Virus record (IMG/VR): IMGVR_UViG_3300029319_000007
Length of the DNA stretch: 64,000 nucleotides
Origin: a virus
Reading direction: 5' to 3' (one strand)
The translations under genes and the position numbers were made by a program. This document shows positions 9,990 to 18,709 of the stretch, piece after piece. The notes beneath the pieces are model-generated. The model was not told the DNA's origin. It searched no databases and was given only the letters and a program-made list of their open reading frames with translations. The first letter of the stretch is position 1. Each line of letters opens with the position of its first letter.

Positions 9990-12463
9990 GCAAAAAAGTC
10001 CTCTACAGTATTACTATCAGAAGCGTCAATCTTCCATCTTATTGCGTCAAGAATAAATCTGAAAGGTTCCATGAATGCCTTGTTAAATTGTTGTTCATAA
10101 TCTATAAGACCATGCATATCAAATTCTTTAGGTAGTTTAGAAACAAAAGTAATAACATTTGCATTCCATTTGTTTTTTCTTAAATGAACAAATCGTATTT
10201 TATCACCATTCATTATCTTAGGATATTTGTGTTCTAGTTTATGTTGTTTAAGTAAATGATTATAAATCAATGCACCTTTAACATGCATGGGTGTGCCCTT
10301 TTTGTAAATAGATGTTTCATCTTTATATTTACCTGTGCCGTTAACACTTCTAGGAAAACCAATATCTTCAGGTTGTAATAATTCAAAATCTCTACGAAAG
10401 TTTACAATAAACTCTTTCATTTCTTTTTGATCGCCGCCCATGATAACTTTAAAACCTTCTTTCATTTTTTCTCGACAAGGTAAAGGTGTTGATGTTTTTA
10501 CTGCCTCGATACCCATAATCTTTAATTTAGGTTCTTTATATTGTACACCCTCTGAGTTATGCACATTGAGAATATATCTTTTCTTAGCAGTCCAGATACC
10601 TTTGTCTGCGATAACTTCTCGTTTCATAACCATTTTGTTTTGAAACACATTCATATATTTACCAAGTTCAGCATAACAATCTGCAATATAAGGTTCTAGT
10701 TTATCTGAACAAAACTTATCTAACGCTTTTACAATTTTTACTTTGTCAGTTGCACCCGACATGTTAACAAGTGGCGCCATGTTAATATAAACTGAATCTG
10801 TATCAGAAGCAATAATATAATCTTTTCTATCTGTTTGATATAGTTTATTAAAGTATGCGTTTAGTTTCATTTCAATCCATTTAATATTCAACTGACCTGA
10901 TAGTGTGACTGCTTCTGCTTGTCTGTGATCGTAAAATCTAAAGTATCTATTACCTATCGCACCGTAGGCACTATTCAATGCAATCTTTTTAGAATGTTGA
11001 ATGATATAATATTTTCTAGCAAGTTTTTCATATTTTTTATCTTTAGTGTTAGCATATTGTTGTTCTGCTTCTAACATCTTCTTTTTAAATGTCACTCTAT
11101 CATCATATTCTTTTTGTATAATTCTAGGCAACATGCCTTGTTTATCTCTTTTAAACATTGCACCGTTTGCCGCTAAACAATTACCATCGCTTGTATCTAT
11201 TCTTTTATTCAGTAAATCATCTTGATTAACAGGTCTCTTTTCAGGAAACATTGTCTCAGGTGAAATATTATATTGCATAATTAAGTGAGGATATAGTGAG
11301 TTCAAATCAAATGATACAACCCAATCATGAAAACCTGTTTGAGGTTCTTTTACAAAAGCACCTACAAGTTCTTCTTTATGTTCTTTAGGTTTCATATCAC
11401 GCATAGGTATGATGATATTATATTTTAATAAGTCATTGTAAATAATAGTATCCCAAATACGAACAGGTGAGAATATATCTTCATAGTTTGCTTTTGCGTT
11501 GTAAGTTGTACCTAAAGTCAAATCAATAAGTTGTAATCTATCTTCTAGTTTATCGACTAACTCAACATCAACAATATTATATTCTATGAATGATTGTATG
11601 TCTTGTTGATACCATTCTTTGAAAGTATCATAAGGGTTTTCATCTTTGCGTTCACCTAGTTCTACAAATGCAATATGATCAAGAGTATATCTCTCTTGCA
11701 TTTTAATTGTAAATTTTGTATAGAGTTGTAGATAGTCAAGTTGTGCGATACCTAACAATCTAAAAAATGTTTGTGATTTACCTCTTACATATGCAGTATC
11801 TTCATCAATAATATTCCAAGGTGATAATCTCTTAGTTGCACTTTCACCTATTATCTTTTTCATTCTATTAACAAGATAAGGTAAGTCAAAGTATTTACTA
11901 TTCCAACCTGTGATAATATCAGGAGGATACTTAGACCAGAATTTTAAAAATTTTATAAGTAAATCTTTTTCACCTGTACATTTTACATAGTGAACATTTT
12001 TTTGTTTTACTTGAAAATCAACAAGACCCCAAACTAAAATGTTTTTTGTATTGTGATCTTTTACAGTAATACATATCATTTCTTCTACTGCTTGATTTAC
12101 ATTAGGAAAACCTTGTTCAGCAGTCACCTCAATATCTATTGTATAGATACGAAGTTTTTCTCTTTCGTAATCTACAATGCCAGGATATGCGTCTGAAATA
12201 TATTGATATTGAAATCTATCTGTGCCATGAATAAATTCAGAATGATCCTCGTATCGTTTGATTGCTGATCTTGCTTCTTTGATTGATTGATATGTTTTAG
12301 GTGCTAGTTTTTTACCACTTAATGATTGATATTTTGAATCGCCTCTGGTAGGTAGATATAGTCTAGGTGTCCAGGTAATACGATCTTCAAATCGTTCACC
12401 ATTCTCAAAACCTCTAACTAATAATTGATCACCATAAGGCGAAACATTGGTATAAAAACGCAT
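9986..12463 (-). CDS. gp43: Family B DNA polymerase
   Basis: Exo motifs DIE, TGWNS..FD, YNIVD; polymerase motifs SFDLNSLYP, KIALNSAYG, SDTDS, KKRY. Confidence 0.98.
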   Translation of the reverse strand: MRFYTNVSPYGDQLLVRGFENGERFEDRITWTPRLYLPTRGDSKYQSLSGKKLAPKTYQSIKEARSAIKRYEDHSEFIHGTDRFQYQYISDAYPGIVDYEREKLRIYTIDIEVTAEQGFPNVNQAVEEMICITVKDHNTKNILVWGLVDFQVKQKNVHYVKCTGEKDLLIKFLKFWSKYPPDIITGWNSKYFDLPYLVNRMKKIIGESATKRLSPWNIIDEDTAYVRGKSQTFFRLLGIAQLDYLQLYTKFTIKMQERYTLDHIAFVELGERKDENPYDTFKEWYQQDIQSFIEYNIVDVELVDKLEDRLQLIDLTLGTTYNAKANYEDIFSPVRIWDTIIYNDLLKYNIIIPMRDMKPKEHKEELVGAFVKEPQTGFHDWVVSFDLNSLYPHLIMQYNISPETMFPEKRPVNQDDLLNKRIDTSDGNCLAANGAMFKRDKQGMLPRIIQKEYDDRVTFKKKMLEAEQQYANTKDKKYEKLARKYYIIQHSKKIALNSAYGAIGNRYFRFYDHRQAEAVTLSGQLNIKWIEMKLNAYFNKLYQTDRKDYIIASDTDSVYINMAPLVNMSGATDKVKIVKALDKFCSDKLEPYIADCYAELGKYMNVFQNKMVMKREVIADKGIWTAKKRYILNVHNSEGVQYKEPKLKIMGIEAVKTSTPLPCREKMKEGFKVIMGGDQKEMKEFIVNFRRDFELLQPEDIGFPRSVNGTGKYKDETSIYKKGTPMHVKGALIYNHLLKQHKLEHKYPKIMNGDKIRFVHLRKNKWNANVITFVSKLPKEFDMHGLIDYEQQFNKAFMEPFRFILDAIRWKIDASDSNTVEDFFA

Positions 12464-12468
12464 AATAT

Positions 12469-12497
12469 ATTATATCACTATTGACTTAAAAAGTCAA
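12469..12497 (-). promoter_or_regulatory. Sigma70 promoter TTGACT-N17-TATAAT (extended -10) for gp43
   Basis: -35 at 12497-12492, -10 at 12474-12469, 5 nt from the ATG, no SD. Confidence 0.8.
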
Positions 12498-12499
12498 GC

Positions 12500-12727
12500 C
12501 TAGTTTTCACGAATAAAGTGTTTTTTGATTACATCTAATTGATCTTCATATTGAGCAATCTTATCTAATTCTTTTTCTATTGTTTCTACAATATCAGAAT
12601 GCTCGCCAATACCTATAGCAGTTCTAAGATAGATTTCCACATTTGCTTTGTGTTTCTCTATTTGCCCTTCAGCATGCTTTCGTAAAGCGTCTAGTAAGAT
12701 ATGTCTGTTATGTGGGTCAGGTGTCAT
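12500..12727 (-). CDS. Conserved T4-like hypothetical protein (75 aa)
   Basis: HKANVEIYL...IGIGEHSDIVETIEKEL motif; GAGG SD. Confidence 0.75.
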   Translation of the reverse strand: MTPDPHNRHILLDALRKHAEGQIEKHKANVEIYLRTAIGIGEHSDIVETIEKELDKIAQYEDQLDVIKKHFIREN

Positions 12728-14125
12728 TTATTTCCTCTCATCTAGACTATACTTAGTTGTTGCAACATATTTTCTTGAAGGATTTACTGCAACATTAAGT
12801 AGTCTTAATATATTTCTGTTTAATAGAACAGGAGTTCTATCCTCTCTGTCGTCTATCATGAAATTACTAGTGTAATTAGTACCTTCAAACTCAAAATTTA
12901 ATTTTACTGTATATCTCTTTTCAGAATAATTATTTAATCCTCCTACATCTACATTAGATATTTTTACGATACTACTTGTAATTGTTTTATCATTTAATGT
13001 CCATGTTATAGATTTACCTTTTACATCAATTTTATCTGCATGTATTGTTGGCGCTGACGCACCATTACCAGTATCAAATTTTGCAATCAGTTCGCCAAAA
13101 GGTTTTATGTTTATGACTTCTAAAAATCCACATTGTGTTGAAACAGGATATCTATTATCAGGATTTGCAAAATGATCGATTACTGTTTTAACAATATTCT
13201 TACCTGACGCTTCTTCAATACCTTCTGTGCCTGGTGAATGATTAACTTCTAATATATATGGTGGTTCTGTTTTAGGATTTTTACTAGGTATAAAATCAAC
13301 TGCTGTCCATGAACCGTCAATTGCTTTTGACGCTTTTAAACTTTCTTCTATTTCTAGTTCAGTCATTTTATATTCTTTTACTTTTGCACCTTGCGAAACA
13401 TTTGATCTAAAGTCGCCTTCAATTACATCTCTTTTCATAGACGCAATAATTTTACCACCTAAGATTATTACTCTTATGTCGCCGTCTGTTTTAATATATT
13501 CTTGTAATAGTAAATCTATATCAGGATTTTCATTGTATAATAATTGCACTATAGATTCCATTTGTCTTTCAGATTCAATAAACAAAACACCTATGCCTTT
13601 AGAACCTTCTATTGTTTTCATGATACAAGGATATTTTAAATCAATACTTTCAAACGCTTGTTTCCAACCATCTTTGTTAGGTATTAATGCAGTTCTAGGT
13701 TGGGTTAAACCAAAGTCTTGTAGTTTTACATAAGTTCTATATTTGTCAGAAGATATCTCAACAACTTCTCTACTGTTTACCATAGTAATACCAGTTTTTT
13801 CAAGTCTAGATACTAAATTTAAATAACTTTTTTTTAATCTAACTGTGCCACGAACAAAGGCAACTGTATTGTCTCTGTTTAACTCAAAACCTTTTTTATC
13901 ATCTAGATTGTATATCTTATATACACCATCATGAAAACCAATATATGCACCTTCTATTTCTGCAATATATAATTCATGACCTGCTTTTTCTGCTTCTTCT
14001 TTAAATCTTCGTGCTGTACGAAATAGTTTTTGACCTTTAGGTTTTGGATCACCAGAAACTACAAGTATTCTGTATTTTGTATTTCCTGTTTGTTCTAGAA
14101 AAGATTTAATCTTGTTGACTTTCAT
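12728..14125 (-). CDS. RimK-family ATP-grasp ligase fused to a retropepsin-like (RimB-like) protease domain
   Basis: GSKGIGV, LQEYI, DIRV, FRSNVSQG, AVDF, LEVNHSPG; C-terminal AKFDTG...VLLNR. Confidence 0.8.
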   Translation of the reverse strand: MKVNKIKSFLEQTGNTKYRILVVSGDPKPKGQKLFRTARRFKEEAEKAGHELYIAEIEGAYIGFHDGVYKIYNLDDKKGFELNRDNTVAFVRGTVRLKKSYLNLVSRLEKTGITMVNSREVVEISSDKYRTYVKLQDFGLTQPRTALIPNKDGWKQAFESIDLKYPCIMKTIEGSKGIGVLFIESERQMESIVQLLYNENPDIDLLLQEYIKTDGDIRVIILGGKIIASMKRDVIEGDFRSNVSQGAKVKEYKMTELEIEESLKASKAIDGSWTAVDFIPSKNPKTEPPYILEVNHSPGTEGIEEASGKNIVKTVIDHFANPDNRYPVSTQCGFLEVINIKPFGELIAKFDTGNGASAPTIHADKIDVKGKSITWTLNDKTITSSIVKISNVDVGGLNNYSEKRYTVKLNFEFEGTNYTSNFMIDDREDRTPVLLNRNILRLLNVAVNPSRKYVATTKYSLDERK

Positions 14126-14537
14126 TTGGGTCTTCTTCTTTTTTCTTGCCTATGTTATATTTAGGTTCAAGTACCCATTCGTTCTTTTCTTTAAATGGTA
14201 ATACTTTTATCTGTGATAACGGTGCCTTAGTTGTCACTTCACCTACTAATTCAATTAAACCCCAATCACTTAAAAGTTGTGCAATTGTGTTTCTTCTTTC
14301 TATATCGTTAATAAAAATATTTGCTGTCTTGCCGTCTAGGGCAAACAGTTCTTTAAAATGTACAATAAAATATCTACCTTGTTTATGTAGAATATGACAC
14401 GACTGGTATATCTTGCGTTCTTTTCTACTTGCAACCCCTATTCGTGTAAGTGTCTCTCTTATTTTTAGGAAATCATCTGGCTCTTTGATCTTCACCTCGA
14501 GCATACTGTCTGGTTTCCATTCTATAACCTCACTCAT
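14106..14537 (-). CDS. regA: Translational repressor RegA
   Basis: DDFLKIRETLTRIG, QSCHILHKQGRYFIVHFKEL. Confidence 0.97.
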   Translation of the reverse strand: MSEVIEWKPDSMLEVKIKEPDDFLKIRETLTRIGVASRKERKIYQSCHILHKQGRYFIVHFKELFALDGKTANIFINDIERRNTIAQLLSDWGLIELVGEVTTKAPLSQIKVLPFKEKNEWVLEPKYNIGKKKEEDPNESQQD

Positions 14538-14932
14538 TTCTTTTTCCCACCTTTACTTATTTTTTCTTTAATATAATCAATCTGTTCTTTAGTCAGTAAA
14601 GATAAAACTTCTTTCGCCCTATTATTACTATATTTGTAATACTCTTTGATTGCCTCTAAATCTTTGATTTTAGACGCTTTCAACCATTTGCTAAATCTTT
14701 TTTGACTTCTTATAGTATTTAGTAGAAACGAAAATTGCATATGTTTTGTTGCATGATGTAATCTATTCATTTCGTTTGCCATCATAACAGTATCAGAAAA
14801 GTATGATAGACCCTTATTGATTATATAAGGTGGGTATTTCTTTTCCCATGCTTCATCATCTGTGTCCATCAATTTCTTTTTAGACCAGTTGATTGCTGTG
14901 AGATAACTTGTTAAACTATAATCTTCACTCAT
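14534..14932 (-). CDS. gp62: Clamp loader small subunit
   Basis: YPPYIINKGLSY..D, KRFSKWLK, EYYKYS; synteny. Confidence 0.93.
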   Translation of the reverse strand: MSEDYSLTSYLTAINWSKKKLMDTDDEAWEKKYPPYIINKGLSYFSDTVMMANEMNRLHHATKHMQFSFLLNTIRSQKRFSKWLKASKIKDLEAIKEYYKYSNNRAKEVLSLLTKEQIDYIKEKISKGGKKK

Positions 14933-15545
14933 TAATATACCTATCTAATGTTGCTTCTTTAGGTTTATGTAAAGCAGTTTTTGTAGCACATTGCCAAACA
15001 TCCCAAGCAGGTTTAGATATTGGCTTTTTAGTGGGTTGATCTAACTCTATTAGACCTTGTCCGTCTGTAATAAATTTTGTGTACACATGTCTTTGTTTTT
15101 CGTTAGGACCTGCTTTAGTGGTTATCATCGCTAATTGACCAGGCATAAAAGTACATTTATCTCTATTATCTCTAATGTCTTTTACTTCACCATATACATC
15201 AATATATTTGTAATCAACATGTTTACTATCACCTTTAGTTTCTAATTTGTTCATGTGTTCTAATAAAAAATTTGTTGCTACATCTCTCTCACCATCACCA
15301 CCTATAATGAATTGTTCTAATGAATTTCTATGTACATCATATCGTTTTTTTAGAAGTCTTATAAGTTCTTGTTCTTTTCTATGTAATAATGATTTAGGTA
15401 TTTCTTGAAAGAAATTAAATTCTATACTGGCAAGAGTAGTTCTATAATCTGATAATCTAGATTCTTTATTTTCACATTTACCTACAGTTAAAATCCATCT
15501 CAAAGTGTAAGGACAAATATTGAAAAATGCATATATACCACTCAT
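14925..15545 (-). CDS. Hypothetical protein with divergent GIY-YIG/T5orf172-like N-terminus
   Basis: GIY...TVGK...RL.DY...E; inserted between gp44 and gp62. Confidence 0.5.
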   Translation of the reverse strand: MSGIYAFFNICPYTLRWILTVGKCENKESRLSDYRTTLASIEFNFFQEIPKSLLHRKEQELIRLLKKRYDVHRNSLEQFIIGGDGERDVATNFLLEHMNKLETKGDSKHVDYKYIDVYGEVKDIRDNRDKCTFMPGQLAMITTKAGPNEKQRHVYTKFITDGQGLIELDQPTKKPISKPAWDVWQCATKTALHKPKEATLDRYINE

Positions 15546-16486
15546 TTGAATTTACACTCGCCCATAATCTCAGTTAAACAGGCGACCATATTCAATTCAG
15601 GATCAGCAACAAAAGCATTTTTATATTGATATTCTGCAAGTAGAATAACCATAGGTGGGATTGATTGTGGTTGTAATGTACCATAAAAGTTTTGATACAA
15701 CTCTTTATAAAGACCTGCAGGATCTTGATCAATATTATCAACAACCCATTTTCTCATATCATTAAACTTTTTGTTTTTTAATGCCTGATTAAGTGATTGT
15801 ATATTTGCTTCAGATACGGTGACTAGAATACCTGTGTCTATTTTACCAGATACAGAATATCTTTGTAGTTCGTTTATCGTTCTTCTAAAGTCAGGATAAT
15901 ATTTTACAATAAGTTCTGCCAATACTTTTGGGTCAAACTCAATATTCTCTTGTTCTAAGATTGTAGATAATCGTTTATGAAATAAACCTGCTAGGTTTTG
16001 TTTATCTTTATTCTGAATACTAAAATTAATAACAGTACACCTACTATGAATTGCAGGTATAATTTTATTCTTATAATTACATGTAAAGATAAATCTACAG
16101 TTATTACTAAATGTTTCGATAAAGTTTCTTAGAGCAGGTTGAACACTTTCAGCATTCATATAATCTGCTTCGTCAACTATAACAACTTTAGGTTTATTTG
16201 ATTCTGATAAACTTACTGTAGAAGCAAATGACTTGATTTGATTTCTTACTGTGTCAATAGAACGACCTTCGTCAGAACCATTGATCATCATAACATCTAA
16301 ATCAAGTTCATTACATAATGCTTTTGCAACAGTAGTTTTGCCTGTGCCGGCAGTACCTGATAATAAGAGATTAGGTATCTCACCTTGTTTAAGTATAGAT
16401 TTAAATGTATTTTTTATTTCAGCGGGTAAAATACATTCGTCAATTGTAGAGGGTCTATACGCCTCTACCCATAATAAATTATCCAT
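15542..16486 (-). CDS. gp44: Clamp loader ATPase subunit
   Basis: WVEAYRP, GTAGTGKT, DEAD, SRC. Confidence 0.97.
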   Translation of the reverse strand: MDNLLWVEAYRPSTIDECILPAEIKNTFKSILKQGEIPNLLLSGTAGTGKTTVAKALCNELDLDVMMINGSDEGRSIDTVRNQIKSFASTVSLSESNKPKVVIVDEADYMNAESVQPALRNFIETFSNNCRFIFTCNYKNKIIPAIHSRCTVINFSIQNKDKQNLAGLFHKRLSTILEQENIEFDPKVLAELIVKYYPDFRRTINELQRYSVSGKIDTGILVTVSEANIQSLNQALKNKKFNDMRKWVVDNIDQDPAGLYKELYQNFYGTLQPQSIPPMVILLAEYQYKNAFVADPELNMVACLTEIMGECKFK

Positions 16487-16489
16487 GAA

Positions 16490-17158
16490 TTACCCCTCAT
16501 ACTTAGAAGTATTTTCTAGGGCAATCCAATATTGTACTGTTTTATTTTTATGTCTAAAATTAGAAATAAGTTTAGAAGATATAAAGACATTATAATCACC
16601 AGGCAACATTTTGAAATGTTCTGTTTTAAAGTGAAAGTCAAATTTCTTATTTGTAGAACCAACCTTAACACCGTAAGTATTTGCTGTATCGTTTTTCTTA
16701 TCAACAGCAGACATGATGATATCACCATCAACAGACTTAACAGATATGTCAGGTAGTTGCAACATTGCCGCCGCCTTTTTAACTTTAGATAAGTCAGTTT
16801 CAGTAAGTGTAAACTCTACCTCTGTTTCAGGCATTTTTACATCTTTTTGAGGTGTTGTTAAAATAGAAGGGTCTGCAAAATAATATTTAGATTTTGTAGA
16901 TGTACCTTCTTCATTGATTGTCATTGATTTATCATCAAACGCAAATGTTGGTTTGTTGAATAAAGATAACATGCCTAAAAATTCAGACAAGTCATAGATA
17001 GCGATGTCTTGTGGAAAGTCTTCTTCAACACCAGCAGTCGCTAATATATTCTTCATTGTTGATATTGTCTTAACAACCTTACCTGGTTGTATTAACAAGT
17101 TAGGATTTATTTCACTAAAGTTTTTTAGTATCTCTTTAGTATTATCACTTAGTTTCAT
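16490..17158 (-). CDS. gp45: DNA polymerase sliding clamp
   Basis: MKLS..T..ILKNFS.IN, IYDLSEFL, YWIALE. Confidence 0.96.
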   Translation of the reverse strand: MKLSDNTKEILKNFSEINPNLLIQPGKVVKTISTMKNILATAGVEEDFPQDIAIYDLSEFLGMLSLFNKPTFAFDDKSMTINEEGTSTKSKYYFADPSILTTPQKDVKMPETEVEFTLTETDLSKVKKAAAMLQLPDISVKSVDGDIIMSAVDKKNDTANTYGVKVGSTNKKFDFHFKTEHFKMLPGDYNVFISSKLISNFRHKNKTVQYWIALENTSKYEG

Positions 17159-17170
17159 TATATAATCTCC

Positions 17171-17482
17171 TTAATCATTAGGGTTAGTTAATTTTTCAGA
17201 TAGTACAGAGGCAAGTGGTTTGTCTTCGTAATGATCCTGGGACAATTGTATTATGGCATAATGAATAACTTTCATAAGGTCTTTCTTATTCTTGCCTTCT
17301 TTTTTACCATATCGTTGGGCATACTTTAAAATATTGCCCATACAAAAACCTTCACCGTGTCCTTGATCGATAATGATTTCTGTTGCTTGTTTTTGTGTTG
17401 TAGAATAGTGGGATGAATAAGTTTCATCAATATATCTTTTCACATCATCAAGTATAATCTTTTCTTTAAATTTATACATCAT
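17171..17482 (-). CDS. DUF3310-like conserved phage protein
   Basis: HY...GFCMGNILKYAQRYGKK.G...DL.K..HY; the second Met (17479) may be the true start. Confidence 0.75.
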   Translation of the reverse strand: MMYKFKEKIILDDVKRYIDETYSSHYSTTQKQATEIIIDQGHGEGFCMGNILKYAQRYGKKEGKNKKDLMKVIHYAIIQLSQDHYEDKPLASVLSEKLTNPND

Positions 17483-17485
17483 ATA

Positions 17486-17521
17486 ATTATATCATAAAAG
17501 GGGGCCGTTGTCAACCCCCTT
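17486..17521 (-). terminator. Rho-independent terminator of hsp20 with an embedded sigma70 promoter TTGACA-N17-TATAAT
   Basis: AAGGGGG...CCCCCTTTT hairpin; -35 at 17514-17509, -10 at 17491-17486. Confidence 0.8.
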
Positions 17522-17531
17522 ATCTATTTTT

Positions 17532-17951
17532 TTATGCAATCTCAATTGTTCTAGGTTTTTTACCCTCAGGTACAATTTTTTCTAGTGCAATTGATAACAT
17601 ACCATCTTTCATTTCGGCGCCTCTAACTTCTACATCATCAGCAGTTGTGAATGATCTTGTAAAATGTCTTTTGGCAATACCTCTATGAATTGTATCTTTA
17701 TCGTCCTCATCTTTATGAGTTGATTTGATTGTGATAGTATTGTCGGCATATTTTACCTCAATATCATTTTTATTATAACCAGCAAGTGCCATTTCAATTT
17801 TCCAATTGAGATCGTCTTTACCTTTCACGATATTGTATGGTGGGAATGAATTTGATCTATTATCTACATAATGATCAAACTGTGAGAACAAATCATCAAA
17901 CCCGATTGTGTATGGTCTTAGATCGTTCCATATAGATAAGTTTCTTGTCAT
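17532..17951 (-). CDS. hsp20: Small heat-shock protein, Hsp20/IbpA family
   Basis: IGFD, FPPYNI, EMALAGY, HRGIAKRHFTRSF, A.MKDGML.I. Confidence 0.95.
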   Translation of the reverse strand: MTRNLSIWNDLRPYTIGFDDLFSQFDHYVDNRSNSFPPYNIVKGKDDLNWKIEMALAGYNKNDIEVKYADNTITIKSTHKDEDDKDTIHRGIAKRHFTRSFTTADDVEVRGAEMKDGMLSIALEKIVPEGKKPRTIEIA

Positions 17952-18003
17952 ATTTTCTCCTTTATAAGCAAGTTAAAACTGATACCCTTAATGGCGTATC
18001 AAT
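17949..18003 (-). ncRNA. ROSE-like RNA thermometer in the hsp20 5' UTR
   Basis: 5' hairpin UGAUAC..CC/GG.GUAUCA, then CUUGCUU pairing with the SD AAGGAG with a bulged G. Confidence 0.65.
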
Positions 18004-18005
18004 AA

Positions 18006-18038
18006 TATTTATATAGTTATTATATTTCATTTTTCAAG
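18006..18038 (-). promoter_or_regulatory. Overlapping RpoH-like (CTTGAA-N16-CTATAT) and late (TATAAATA) promoters of hsp20
   Basis: CTTGAA at 18038-18033, CTATAT at 18016-18011, TATAAATA at 18013-18006. Confidence 0.6.
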
Positions 18039-18145
18039 TGGTAGTTTTTTCTAGGATTCATTATCCAGAGGGAAACTACCAAACCTAAAATGTGTTGTCT
18101 TTACGAGAGGCAACACTCATGAGGACTTACGGATTGCCTCATGAC
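18039..18145. ncRNA. Candidate structured RNA: three tandem hairpins, possible pseudoknot
   Basis: Inverted repeats TGGTAGTTT/AAACTACCA, GTGTTG/CAACAC, TCATGAGG/CCTCATGA; CATAAATA at 18153-18146. Confidence 0.45.
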
Positions 18146-18154
18146 TATTTATGC

Positions 18155-18409
18155 TTATGCATAAACTGATGGTTCTAAAGCGGCAAAACCAGCGGCAATT
18201 AACGCTTTAGATGGAGTACCTATTCTGTAATAAGTACCTGATTTGTTTTTGTTGATATAGACACAATGTCCTTCCTCACGGATTTTATCAACAACCGCTC
18301 TAGGTCTAGAGAGGTTAAACTTGGATTGTGCTTCTTTCCAAGTCACACTTTCGCCTCTTAATAAAGCATTAAGAAACTTCGTGCTATTTGCAAGTGTTTT
18401 TCTACCCAT
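18155..18409 (-). CDS. Small winged-HTH-like conserved phage protein
   Basis: LLRGESVT...FNLSRPRAVVDKIREEGHCVY...YRIG; AAGGA SD. Confidence 0.7.
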   Translation of the reverse strand: MGRKTLANSTKFLNALLRGESVTWKEAQSKFNLSRPRAVVDKIREEGHCVYINKNKSGTYYRIGTPSKALIAAGFAALEPSVYA

Positions 18410-18430
18410 AATATAAGGTCCTTTCTTATG

Positions 18431-18640
18431 TTAGTTGTTATCAAGTCGCTCTTGCAAGCGTCTTAATTTGTTTACACGCTTAATAGATTCCTTCTTTAAG
18501 CGTTGTCTCTTTAACGAAGGTTTTTCGTAAAACTGTCTTCGTTTTAATTCTTTTAATAAACCATCTTTCATAACTTTCTTTTTAAGTTGTCTCATGGCTT
18601 TTTCTACATTGTTATTTCTAACTCTTACCTCAAGTGTCAT
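18431..18640 (-). CDS. rpsU: Ribosomal protein bS21
   Basis: V.VRNNNVEKAMRQLKKK...ELKRRQFYEKPS.KR signature. Confidence 0.93.
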   Translation of the reverse strand: MTLEVRVRNNNVEKAMRQLKKKVMKDGLLKELKRRQFYEKPSLKRQRLKKESIKRVNKLRRLQERLDNN

Positions 18641-18700
18641 TATATCACCTCCTCAATGTGAGGGACAGATTTCTCTGCCCCTCTGAGGTCTACATTATGA
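18641..18700 (-). ncRNA. Structured rpsU leader: GNRA hairpin within a predicted SD-masking pseudoknot
   Basis: GAGGGGCAGA-GAAA-UCUGUCCCUC stem; AAUGU/ACAUU and ACCUC/GAGGU pairings. Confidence 0.5.
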
Positions 18701-18709
18701 ACGATAGAT

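Noticed and set aside
18690-18709. ATCGTTCAT resembling the 5' end of a glutamine (glnA-type) riboswitch
   Set aside because: The downstream GGAAGTA and GAAGGAACG-type conserved elements are absent
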